From Eledone cirrhosa (Eukaryota): a stretch of 64,000 nucleotides of DNA. A model generated the notes under the pieces. That model had not been told where the DNA came from. It saw only the letters and a program-made list of their open reading frames with translations, and ran no database searches. Shown in pieces: positions 53,084 through 64,000 of the stretch (position 1 is its first letter; each line of letters starts with the position of its first letter). The position numbers and the translations under genes are program-made. The DNA is taken from positions 34,410,001-34,474,000 of the forward strand of contig OZ024759.1 of assembly GCA_964016885.1 (NCBI GenBank), given 5' to 3'.

Positions 53084-53683
53084 GTCAGGTCACTAGTTGG
53101 TGCTACATGTATTGTATCTCAGTAAAACCTGTCTCATGGTCGGGTCGTTGGCGACTAAACTGGCAACCCCACCAAGGTTTCCTGGTGAGGAGGGTGACTT
53201 TGGACATCCTGCAAGACAAAAAACAAAACCTGTCAAAGGGCAAAGGAGCTCTTAAGAGTCAATGGCCATCCAAAATCACCGGGAGAGATTACCCCTTAGC
53301 CTTTGTCAAGGCAGAATTCTAGGAGAAGGAAAACTCTGATATAACACCTGCAACCCTGATGGTATCGAATGATGTTGACTTGTTCTTCTTTTTGGTAAAT
53401 ATTATCTTGGTTAAGAGAGTGGGACTGGCTTTGTGCAGTGCCTTTGCTAACTATAAAAGCTTCACGGCATTGCTTTATATCTGGAGATCTCTCTGCACTT
53501 GTCGTCACATGGTACCATGGGCCCAGCACTATGTGTCAATAATTGTCACAAGTGTAGTGTTTGTACCAGAGTTTTCAAGTCGCTGGCTGGACTAAAAAGT
53601 CACACTCGTTCAGCGCATCGGTAGGGGTTCTCCTACATGGATATAAAGTAGTGGCCGTACTCGAAAATGAGTTGGCAGCCACC
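53084..53683 (+). mobile_element. Bipartite non-autonomous RTE derivative (5'UTR-like segment fused to 3' end)
   Basis: 5' part contains ctaggagaaggaaaactctga (RTE 5'UTR-like, recalled); 3' part matches 2303-2630 with C2H2 finger; (TA)n flanks. Confidence 0.68.
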
Positions 53684-53777
<94 letters not shown>

Positions 53778-53879
53778 TTATATATGTGTATATAATTATA
53801 TATAGGTGCATATATGCTTATATATATACGTGTGTAAATATATACACAAGTTTATGTACTTGACTGAACGTATATATGA

Positions 53880-54075
53880 AATAAAATAAGCAGACTATCT
53901 CCAAATTATAGATCTATCTGCCAGTGGTCTCAACATCAAGCTGAAATATATAGAAAACCCACACTTAAACCCAATACACAAACATAGAAATATTACTTGG
54001 TTTAATTCTCCCTAGAATTTAAACGTGTGTAAACATTCTGCTGTGGCATTCCTTTAGATGATTAGTATGCACTCC
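53880..54075 (+). pseudogene. Decayed Penelope-like element ORF fragment (post-RT region)
   Basis: NKISRLSPN / LSASGLNIKLKY..HKHRNITWFNSP*NLNV..FL*MISMH, resembling the R.R.I.WFNPP.S.NV..FL.LI..HF pattern. Confidence 0.6.
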
Positions 54076-54288
54076 TCGAAGTCGTAGATATAGCTTTAGT
54101 AAAATTTCTGTGAATGTATTTAATATAGCCGTAAATAGTTGATGGAGGAGAGAAAGGCCTACTCAATATTGAAGTAGTTTAACTGTTCTTTTTCTATCGC
54201 TAACTAGTGTGACTTCTTACTCTGTAAATTCACTTGCACAATCGCAGGACCACCTGCGAGATTAATACGATTCATTAATTTGGAGTAA

Positions 54289-54334
<46 letters not shown>

Positions 54335-54666
54335 GTAATTATAGTGGAGTGATACGCTATTATTTTAGGTATTATATTTGAGATTTAAGATGAATCTGGA
54401 TTAACAACCACGGTTTTCATTCTGTATTATATATATAAGGATAAAACTAGTTAGACCATTATTCGAGAGTACTCAATTCTTGGAGTAGTAGTGTATGGCT
54501 ATATTGTAAAGAGTTGGGACCCGACGGCTAAGCTGTTTTCGTCTCAACAGCTGTTGAACAAACTGTTGAAATATAATTCATATATTATATATCCCTAGGG
54601 ATATTTATCTATCCCTAGGGATTTTATATATCCCTAGGGTTATTTCACCTACCCGTCAGTGATGTG

Positions 54667-54699
<33 letters not shown>

Positions 54700-54702
<3 letters not shown>

Positions 54703-55109
54703 AGAGGTTATATTTAATTTGTTGGGATTCAGCAAGCTTAAAAATGTTTATAACTCATATAAAGCACTCAACAAGTTAGTGGAGTAAATACACAATGTAT
54801 TAATAAATGGAAACTATATTTATAAACCATATTTATTTTATTATATTATACATATTTCAAGGGCCACCAAGGCAAATTTTGGTGCGCTTTCATCAGATAA
54901 AATACAGACTTGTTTTATAAATAAATATTGACGTACCCGGAAAAAAGACAACCTTAACGGTTGGAGCTTCCTGGATATGTCAATATTTATTTATAAAACA
55001 AATCTGTATTTTATCTGATGAAAGCGCACCATAATTTGCCTTGGTGGCCCTTGAAATATGTATAATAAAATAAATATGGCTTTATAAATATAGTTTCCAT
55101 TTATTAATA

Positions 55110-55116
<7 letters not shown>
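54700..55116 (-). mobile_element. Family C fold-back element (tail 54700-54791, palindrome 54792-55115)
   Basis: ~140-bp arms; hammerheads at ~54834-54904 (-) and 55007-55072 (+, 8-bp stem I UAUUUUAU/AUAAAAUA). Confidence 0.82.
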
Positions 55117-55149
<33 letters not shown>

Positions 55150-55178
55150 AAATGTGTGAGATCCTTGGTACAGTTAGG

Positions 55179-55338
55179 TATATTTGAAAAAAAGAAAAAG
55201 AATTACTTCCCTTGTAGTTCTAAACAATTTGATTTAATTTTAAAATATTATAATCTCATAATATTATAATATTATAAAATTAAATCAAATTATTTAGAAC
55301 TACAAGGGAAGTCATTCTTTTCCTTTTTTTCAAATATA
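55179..55338. repeat. 160-bp imperfect palindrome between TA tracts
   Basis: acttcccttgtagttctaaa.aatttgatttaatttta / taaaattaaatcaaatt.tttagaactacaagggaagt. Confidence 0.85.
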
Positions 55339-55339
55339 T

Positions 55340-55383
<44 letters not shown>

Positions 55384-55446
55384 TTATATATATGTATATA
55401 TATCTTTATATATCTTTATATATATATATATGTATATATATATATG

Positions 55447-55541
<95 letters not shown>

Positions 55542-55543
55542 GT

Positions 55544-55579
<36 letters not shown>

Positions 55580-55660
55580 ATATATATATATATATATATA
55601 AAGATATATATATATATATATCTTTATATATATGTATATATATATATATATGTATATATG

Positions 55661-55708
<48 letters not shown>

Positions 55709-56234
55709 TTCCATCAAATTGGTGGCCTTGTGCCAACAAATAGAAACAATTATACCATTGACTAATTTCTGCTAATCAATATGATTTTTGGCAATATCCG
55801 ACAGATGTTGTTTATTTCACTCGACCAATATCAACGTCAAGTTGACCGCCATTTTGACTGAAGGGAAACTTCGTTAAAAACCTCATATTATGGTATGAAA
55901 GTTTCCATATGATAGAATATTAAGTAGAAGCACATGGTCACTGTCGAATACACTTCCCCCTCATCATCTTCCTTGTGGGTCGTCGAAGTCAATGATGACG
56001 CTCCTCTCCATGGCAACCAGCGCTTGGGTCGCGTGTTTTGGGAACGGTTCAAATAAGGGTCTCAGTCTCACAGCGACTTCTTCACACATTGGGAGATAGG
56101 CGCATGTAGTTATATATATATATGTGTGTGTATAATATATATATATCACGTATCCTCTCCCCTATAATACACACCCCACCTCATATCTACATGCCTTACC
56201 CACCTCTCCTCCTCCCTATCTATATCCACCATCA

Positions 56235-56970
56235 CCTCTTTATCTATCCACCACCACCAACCTCTCCCCACCACCACCAACCTCTCTCCACCACCACCAA
56301 CCTCTCCCCTCCACCACCAACCTCTCCCCACCTCTCTTTCCACCACCACCATCAACATTTCCCCACCTCTCTATCCACCATCACCACCACCCTCTCCCCA
56401 CCTCTCTATCCAACACCACCACCCTCTCCCCACCTCTCTATCCAACACCACCACCCTCTCCCCACCTCTCTATCCAACACCACCAACCTCTCCCCACCTC
56501 TCTATCCACCACCACTACCAACCTCTCCCCACCTCTCTTTCCACCACCACCATCAACATCTCCCCACCTCTCTATCCACCACCTCCACCACCCTCTCCCC
56601 ACCTCTCTATCCAACACCAACCTCTCTATCCATCACCACCAACCTCTCCCCACATATCTTTCCACCACCACCCTCTCCCCACCTCTCTATCCACCACCAC
56701 CACCCTCTCCCCACCTCTCTATCCAACACCAACCTCTCTATCCATCACCACCAACCTCTCCCCACATATCTTTCCACCACCACCACCACCCTCTCCCCAC
56801 CTCTCTATCCAACACCAACCTCTCTATCCATCACCACCAACCTCTCCCCACATATCTTTCCACCACCACCACCACCCTCTCCCCACCTCTCTATCCACCA
56901 CCACTACCAACCTCTCCCCACCTCTCTTTCCACCACCACCTCCACACTCTCCCCACCACTACTACCACCA
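56235..56970. repeat. C-rich minisatellite (cctctccccacctctctatccaccacca)
   Basis: Direct inspection. Confidence 0.9.
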
Positions 56971-57125
56971 CTATCATCTATCCTCCCACCACTGCCCCAA
57001 ATTATAGATCATCTTCTCTGTCTATAAGACGTGGAATGGACTAAATGCCAAAATTTGGCAACATTTCCCTCTATTGATTGTTTCTGGGAGTCTCAGACAA
57101 CAGCCCCACAATATGTCTAATACTG

Positions 57126-57545
57126 AACAGTGTGGGAGTGTGTCTCTCTATAACTCTGTGTGTGTGTGTAACAGTGTGGGAGCGTGTCTCTCTATAACTC
57201 TGTGTGTGTGTGTGTAACAGTGTGGGAGCGTGTCTCTCTATAACTCTGTGTGTGTGTGTAACAGTGTGGGAGTGTGTCTCTCTATAACTATGTGTGTGTG
57301 TGTAACAGTGTGGGAGTGTGTCTCTCTATAACTGTGGGTGTGTGTCTGTAACAGTGTGGGAGTGTGTCTCTCTATAACTGTGTGTGTGTAACAGTGTGGG
57401 AGTGTGTCTCTCTATAACTCTGTGTGTGTGTAACAGTGTGGGAGTGTGTCTCTCTATAACTCTGTGTGTGTAACAGTGTGGGAGTGTGTCTCTCTATAAC
57501 TGTGTGTGTGTGTCTGTAACAGTGTGGAAGTGTGTGTGTCTGTAT
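57126..57545. repeat. ~38-46-bp minisatellite (taacagtgtgggagtgtgtctctctataac(tg)n), ~10 copies
   Basis: Direct inspection. Confidence 0.93.
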
Positions 57546-57845
57546 AGTTGTATTTGTGTATGTGTGTGTATGTTTGCAAATATATATGTGTGTGTGTGTG
57601 TGTGCGTGTGTATATATGTATATATATGTTTATATATTTATATACATGTACATACCATTGTGTGAATATGTGTATATACATATATGTGTGTACAAAAGAG
57701 TATATATATATATAAATATATATATACACACTGTATATGTGTGTTTGTAACAGTGTGGAAGTGTGTGTGTCTGTATAGTTGTATTTGTGTGTGTATATGT
57801 TTGCAAATATATGTGTGTGTGTGTGTGTGCGTGTATATATATATA

Positions 57846-57879
<34 letters not shown>

Positions 57880-57888
<9 letters not shown>

Positions 57889-58549
57889 TGTATATATATA
57901 TATATATACAGTCTATATATATACTGTATATATATATATACTGTATATATATATATATACTGTATATATATATATACTGTATATATATATATACTGTATA
58001 TATATACTGTATATATATATACTGTATATATATATACTGTATATATATATACTGTATATATATATATACTGTATATATATATATACTGTATATATATATA
58101 TATACTGTATATATATATATATATATACTGTATATATATATATATATATATATACTGTATATATATATATATACTGTATATATATATATATACTGTATAT
58201 ATATATATACTGCATATATATATATACTGTATATATATATATACTGTATATATATATACTGTATATATATATATACTGTATATATATATACTGTATATAT
58301 ATATATATGTATATACTGTATATATATATATATATATACTGTATATATATATATATATATACTGTATATATATATATATATACTGTATATATATATATAT
58401 ATACTGTGTATATATATATATATATACTGTGTATATATATATATATATACTGTATATATATATATATATATATACTGTATATATATATATACTGTATATA
58501 TATATATATATACACTATATATATATATATACAGTATATATATATACTG

Positions 58550-58555
<6 letters not shown>
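57880..58555. repeat. [(TA)n-CTG] compound repeat
   Basis: Direct inspection. Confidence 0.92.
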
Positions 58556-58604
<49 letters not shown>

Positions 58605-59023
58605 GGCTAAATAGTGAGTTTCTCCTATTTATCACAGGGTCATCAGACGTTTGTCTGTGTCTGTATGTATGTATATATGTTTGTGTGTATATATATATAT
58701 ACACACATATGCACTATCAATATAAGTATATATCTATCATCTATAGCTATCTACTAATCTATATAACGGCTTGATTTATCTATTTATCGATCCCTGTATC
58801 AATGAAATCCAGTCACCTGACAATTAAAGATGACATCGTTATATTATGCCAGTTTTTATGTTAAACGGAGCTTGTCAGAATTAGGAGATATTTTTCTCAG
58901 CACTAATCCACATTTTTAATTATGTCGGATACACCAGAGTATGTATTTTGTTAGCTTACATTTGGTAAATCTTTCACCCTGGATATTGTGTAAATATACA
59001 GCCGCAAATATATACTCGGATGC

Positions 59024-59064
<41 letters not shown>

Positions 59065-59129
59065 TGTACATACACAGATATATAATACACTTTTACTTAG
59101 TCTGATTTATATTTATATGCATGTATGCC

Positions 59130-59163
<34 letters not shown>

Positions 59164-59192
59164 TGTGTCTGTATAAATATATATATATATGC

Positions 59193-59244
<52 letters not shown>

Positions 59245-59578
59245 GCGAAGGGCAGATATAATAAATATTAATCCTTCATTTTCTTCATAATCTGCCTTAA
59301 TACATGTTCCTATGCAGTCAGTAACTACGTAAAGCTGTTATTACGCAACCATTGCCATGACTACATCAGACAGCAGATTAAAGAAGATTGTTAACGTATC
59401 ATTATTAATGCAAGGAGAGATTCTCTCAGAGAACCAACATTGAAGTCGTCTGTCCCTTTGTTAATAGCTTATATTGCAATGTGGCCACGTGCTGCCACAA
59501 ATAGAACCCACATCGTATACATATATATATATTAGAATTGGTGCTGTGAAATAGCGATATATATATAAATGTATATGT

Positions 59579-59762
59579 AGTGTATTTTGCAATACATTGT
59601 ATGCTTAATTAAAACCATTTTGAAGACCTTACGCTATTGTTTTAAAGTAGTGCCTTTGTTTGTTGAAAAAAGAAGTAAGTGTCAAAGTCACTACTTTAAA
59701 ACAATAGCGTAAGGTCTTCAAAATGCTTTTAATTAAGCATACAGTGTATTGCAAAATACACT
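59579..59762. repeat. Inverted repeat, ~73-bp arms
   Basis: ttttgaagaccttacgctattgttttaaagtagt / actactttaaaacaatagcgtaaggtcttcaaaa. Confidence 0.88.
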
Positions 59763-59823
59763 GTATATAATATACATTCATATATATATATATATATAAA
59801 TATATACATACACATGTATATAC

Positions 59824-59892
<69 letters not shown>

Positions 59893-60761
59893 CACATATA
59901 TATACATATATATATATATATATACATACACATATATATACATATATATATATATACATACACATATATATACATATATATATATATACATACACATATA
60001 TATATATACATATATATACACATACACACACACATATATATATATATATATACACATACACACACACATGCATCTAAGAACTCTCACATAAACGCAGAAA
60101 TACCTGTCAGAATAATAATACTAATACTACCACCACCACTACTAGTACTACCACTACTACTACCACTACTACTACCACTACTACTACTACTACCACTACT
60201 ACTACCACTACTACTACTACCACTACTACTACCACTACCACTACTACCACTACTACTACCACTATTACTAGCCAACTAATCAACAGGAAACGGCAAACAA
60301 CCATATCGTATATATATATACACACACTGATACACATACATGCACACATATACACACATTTATAATGTGTGTATAGTATACTGTGTGTATTTTTGTATAC
60401 ATCTATGTTTGTGTGCATATAGTTTGTATCTGTGTATGTATGTATGTATGTACATTTATATATATGCATCTATGTATATATGACTGTATGTTTATATGTA
60501 CGTTGTACATATATGAGTGTGTTTGTGTGTGTATGTGTGTATATATATATATATATGTATTTGTGTGTATATATATATGTGTGTGTGAGTGTGTATATAT
60601 ATATATGTGCGTGTGTGTCTGTGTGTGTGTGTATATCTATATATATATGTGTGTGTATATATATATATATGTGTGTGTGCGCATGTATATGTATATATAT
60701 GTGTGCGTGCGCATATATATGTATATATGTGTGTGTGTGTGTATATATATATATGTCTGTA

Positions 60762-60825
<64 letters not shown>

Positions 60826-61135
60826 TGTATGTGTGAGTGTGTAAGTGTGTATGTGTGTAGGTGTAACATGCCGCCAGCAATCCTCAATATACTGCGATAG
60901 GTGATGTGTGCAAGAGTCTACCATGTTTCCATAGCAGTGTAAAACACTAAACAATCTCGACTAAAGACAGCCAGAGGCATGAAACTTTCTCCAACAAAAA
61001 CATATGAAATGCATCGTCTCAACAGGTTGAACAAATCTACATAATAAATTGAATTCACGCTACTGAGTTATCTAAAATACAGTTTCTAACCATATTTTCG
61101 GAAGTGTGTGTGTGTCTATATCTATATATATATAT

Positions 61136-61250
61136 GTACGTTATTCCGGGTTGAATCGGAGGTAACCACAGTAAGTAAGGTACTCAATACATAGCAGAGT
61201 ATAACAGTTTTAATATAGATGAGATTCTACAGGACTAGAACTGTTTCATT
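61136..61250 (-). mobile_element. Family B fragment (hammerhead 3' half plus tail)
   Basis: Reverse complement is nearly identical to ~212-325. Confidence 0.78.
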
Positions 61251-61402
61251 ATATAACAATCTTCTTTAATCTGCTGTCTGATGTAGTCGTGGCAATGGTT
61301 GCGTAATAACAGCTTTACGTAGTTACTGACTGCATAGGAACATGTATTAAGGCAGATTATGAAGAAAATGAAGGATTAATATTTATTATATCTGCCCTTC
61401 GC

Positions 61403-61450
<48 letters not shown>

Positions 61451-61455
61451 GCATG

Positions 61456-61535
<80 letters not shown>

Positions 61536-61540
61536 CATGC

Positions 61541-61578
<38 letters not shown>

Positions 61579-61724
61579 GCGAAGGGCAGATATAATAAAT
61601 ATTAATCCTTCATTTTCTTCATAATCTGCCTTAATACATGTTCCTATGCAGTCAGTAACTACGTAAAGCTGTTATTACGCAACCATTGCCACGACTACAT
61701 CAGACAGCAGATTAAAGAAGATTG

Positions 61725-61730
<6 letters not shown>
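61251..61730. repeat. 480-bp palindrome centred on a microsatellite; arm also present at 59240-59393
   Basis: ~155-bp unique arms are reverse complements; acatgcatgtatgt / acatacatgcatgt marks are mirrored in the spacer. Confidence 0.9.
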
Positions 61731-61760
<30 letters not shown>

Positions 61761-61812
61761 GCAGAAGCAGATAAAGGAGAACAAACCGTTAAAACGTGTT
61801 TATTGAAAACAC

Positions 61813-61852
61813 CACCTACGTACGTTTCGCCCGGAATGGCTTCTCAAGGGCA
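61813..61852 (-). ncRNA. Variant minimal hammerhead (CUUGAGAA core)
   Basis: UGCC-CUUGAGAA-GCC-auuccg-GGC-GAA-ACGUACGU-A-GGUG; AATAAA and (TA)n downstream. Confidence 0.55.
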
Positions 61853-62045
61853 TAAAAAACTAAAGAGTTCCTAACGTGACCCAGATATTAACACTAGATA
61901 TTAACACTTGTAATATTTAACACTGCCGGCACAAGTATTGAGCACGTTTTGCATATGCTATTGGCAAATAACTACATGTATCGCCTATCTCTTCTTTCCC
62001 TCTCGATACTTAAACACTCATATATATACCAGAGTGCTCGATACA

Positions 62046-62185
62046 TAGGGTAGTAGAGTGGGTAATAGGAATAGAGTCAGGACCCCGACGGCTGAGCTCC
62101 GACCGTTTCAACAACTATATCTGACTGCGTTCAGATCTAGCTATCGAAACGGCCGGAACATAGCCGTCGGGGTCCTGACTCTTTT

Positions 62186-62190
<5 letters not shown>
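62046..62190 (-). mobile_element. Family A fold-back element
   Basis: agagtcaggaccccgacggct / agccgtcggggtcctgactct arms with GAAACGG..CCGTC. Confidence 0.75.
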
Positions 62191-62226
<36 letters not shown>

Positions 62227-62263
62227 AAAACGTTCGCTCTACATGGCTGAATACAATAAAAGT

Positions 62264-62471
62264 GTTTCGAATATTAATAATAACATTCGATTCGTTTGCA
62301 ATTATGCAAACAAGCCTCATTTTTATAGCCATGTCAGTAGAATGAACCCTTCATTCTTGCTCTTGTCTTGAAGAGCAAGAATGAAGGGTTCATTCTACTG
62401 ACATGGCTATAAAAATGAGGCTTGTTTGCATAATTGCAAACGAATCGAATGTTATTATTAATATTCGAAAA
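62264..62471. repeat. Palindrome with 101-bp arms and 6-nt loop
   Basis: Arms appear perfectly complementary; nested small hairpins. Confidence 0.92.
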
Positions 62472-62488
62472 CCTCAGATTACATTTAT

Positions 62489-62541
<53 letters not shown>

Positions 62542-62615
62542 TATTGAAATTTCCGTTGGAGACAGAAAAGGTCATAAAAATGAAGAGTGCTCTATGTAAG
62601 TATCAGAGCAAAATT

Positions 62616-62823
62616 TAATGTATAAAAATCAAAACAATATAATTACCTCATTACCAGAGGTTTCCCGAATGAGGCGAATACGAAATAAACGACTTCATTC
62701 GTTCGTCAGACGAGGCAATATTGCCTCGTCTGACGAACGAATGAAGTCGTTTATTTCGTATTCGCCTCATTCGGGAAACCTCTGGTAATGAGGTAATTAT
62801 ATTGTATTGATTTTTATACATTA
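62616..62823. mobile_element. Loop-less 208-bp palindrome carrying back-to-back hammerheads
   Basis: Centre CAAT|ATTG at 62719/62720; one mismatch seen. Confidence 0.88.
62720..62797 (+). ncRNA. Type I hammerhead (family H); identical mirror copy at 62642-62719 (-)
   Basis: AUUGCCUCGU-CUGACGA-aCGAAUGA..UCAUUCGg-GAA-ACC-ucu-GGU-A-AUGAGGUAAU: 10-bp stem I (2 G:U), GUA site, cut after 62787. Confidence 0.82.
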
Positions 62824-62838
62824 TATATATATATATAT

Positions 62839-63581
62839 ATATTAGAAAGATCGAGTATCGAAAAATCGGCGCACGAGTTCACGATAAACAAAATTCGAAA
62901 TGAGCGGCAGAGGGCTCAATAATTCAGATGAATCAGAGCTATAACTATCGTTAAAATACCGTCACGTATAGAACAAGTCTACAATCAACCATACGATAAA
63001 AAATCGATAATAGAAGATTTCGGGACAAACAGATAAAAAATATCAATAAAACAATACATCAATAATTTAAATGAATGTAAAATCATACCCGGACCCACTA
63101 GAAAGGTGTTAAATCTAGCTTCTTGGGTCTCTGTAAATCCTTAGACTGTACTCTATCAGCTCACATATAAATATAAAAGCCTACTAGAGCAAGAGGAACG
63201 GAGTTTACTTTCTCAACGAGCTTTTTTCCTAGCGGATAAGGGGCTAACTACCAGTGAAAAACGCACATGGCATTAGACAAGGGAGATAACCTCTACATCC
63301 GCGAAAACTATTCGAGGGAATGTGGAAATACACATATCGAATAAGAGTGCTCAATAGACATGTTAAAATAAAACAAAAGCTATTCATCACTCAATAGAAT
63401 CGACAAAAAATGAGCGATAAAATTAACTGGTGGATAGCTATGTCCAGAGCTAAAAATATTAGAAAGATCGAGTATCGAAAAATCGGCGCATGAGTTCACG
63501 ATAAACAAAATTCGAAATGAGCGGCAGAGGGCTCAATAATTCAGATGAATCAGAGCTATAACTATCGTTAAAATACCGTCA
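62839..63581. mobile_element. 743-bp element with 126-bp terminal direct repeats (617-bp period) in (TA)n
   Basis: 62839-62964 matches 63456-63581 with one mismatch; no ORF. Confidence 0.72.
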
Positions 63582-63772
63582 TATATATTATTTGTGTGTG
63601 TATAGCAACAAATTCATAGTTATACAGTTTTCAAGAATTCACCTTCCCTAGGGTGACATATTGTCTTGTATATCTCTACATGTATTGAGTACACTCTGTT
63701 CATAATATATATAAACGAATCATTTGTTGAGGTGGGGTTGTACACATACACATACAGACACACACACACATA

Positions 63773-63803
<31 letters not shown>

Positions 63804-64000
63804 CCACTTATACACACACACACACTTATACACATATGCACGCTCGTGGTTGCATGCACCCAATGTCACAGATGTATGCACACACACACGCATACACATA
63901 CACTCATACACACACACTCACACAGACATACATACATATACACACACACATGCACTCATACAGACATACATACACATACACACACCCGCATGCACCTAAG

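Noticed and set aside
55964-56105. 61-aa minus ORF in GC-richer unique DNA as a host exon
   Set aside because: No recognisable domain or clear splice context; contains an RFX-like CCATGGCAAC and may be regulatory.

Overview
This is eukaryotic (animal) DNA, not bacterial. It is a very microsatellite-rich non-coding region; the repeat content resembles an octopus genome, which is my inference and is unverified. Almost all ORFs in the track are (TA)n/(CA)n/(TAG)n/(GGT)n artefacts, and I recognised no host exon. Real content: (1) one uninterrupted CR1/L2-type LINE ORF2 (APE endonuclease + RT, 13105-16125). It has no usable AUG and overlaps an upstream frame at an in-frame U-UUU-UUA slippery site. 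(2) Fragments of Tx1/L1, RTE, CRE-type and Penelope-like retroelements, tRNA-derived SINEs, a hAT-type MITE and many minisatellites. (3) The main hidden system: more than 20 small (100-480 bp) elements from several unrelated sequence families, embedded in (TA)n tracts. Most are fold-back palindromes. Many carry a complete type I hammerhead ribozyme fold (CUGANGA...GAAA...NUH) with covarying stems and self-complementary stem III. Their 3' tails share a T(A/G)TTGAG(T/C)(A/G)C-like motif. They look like Penelope-type pLTR or retrozyme-like micro-inserts. Unique islands also carry recurrent YY1/Pho-type sites, a perfect DR1 and a CRE/ETS/E-box cluster. All folds were derived by eye, not computed.
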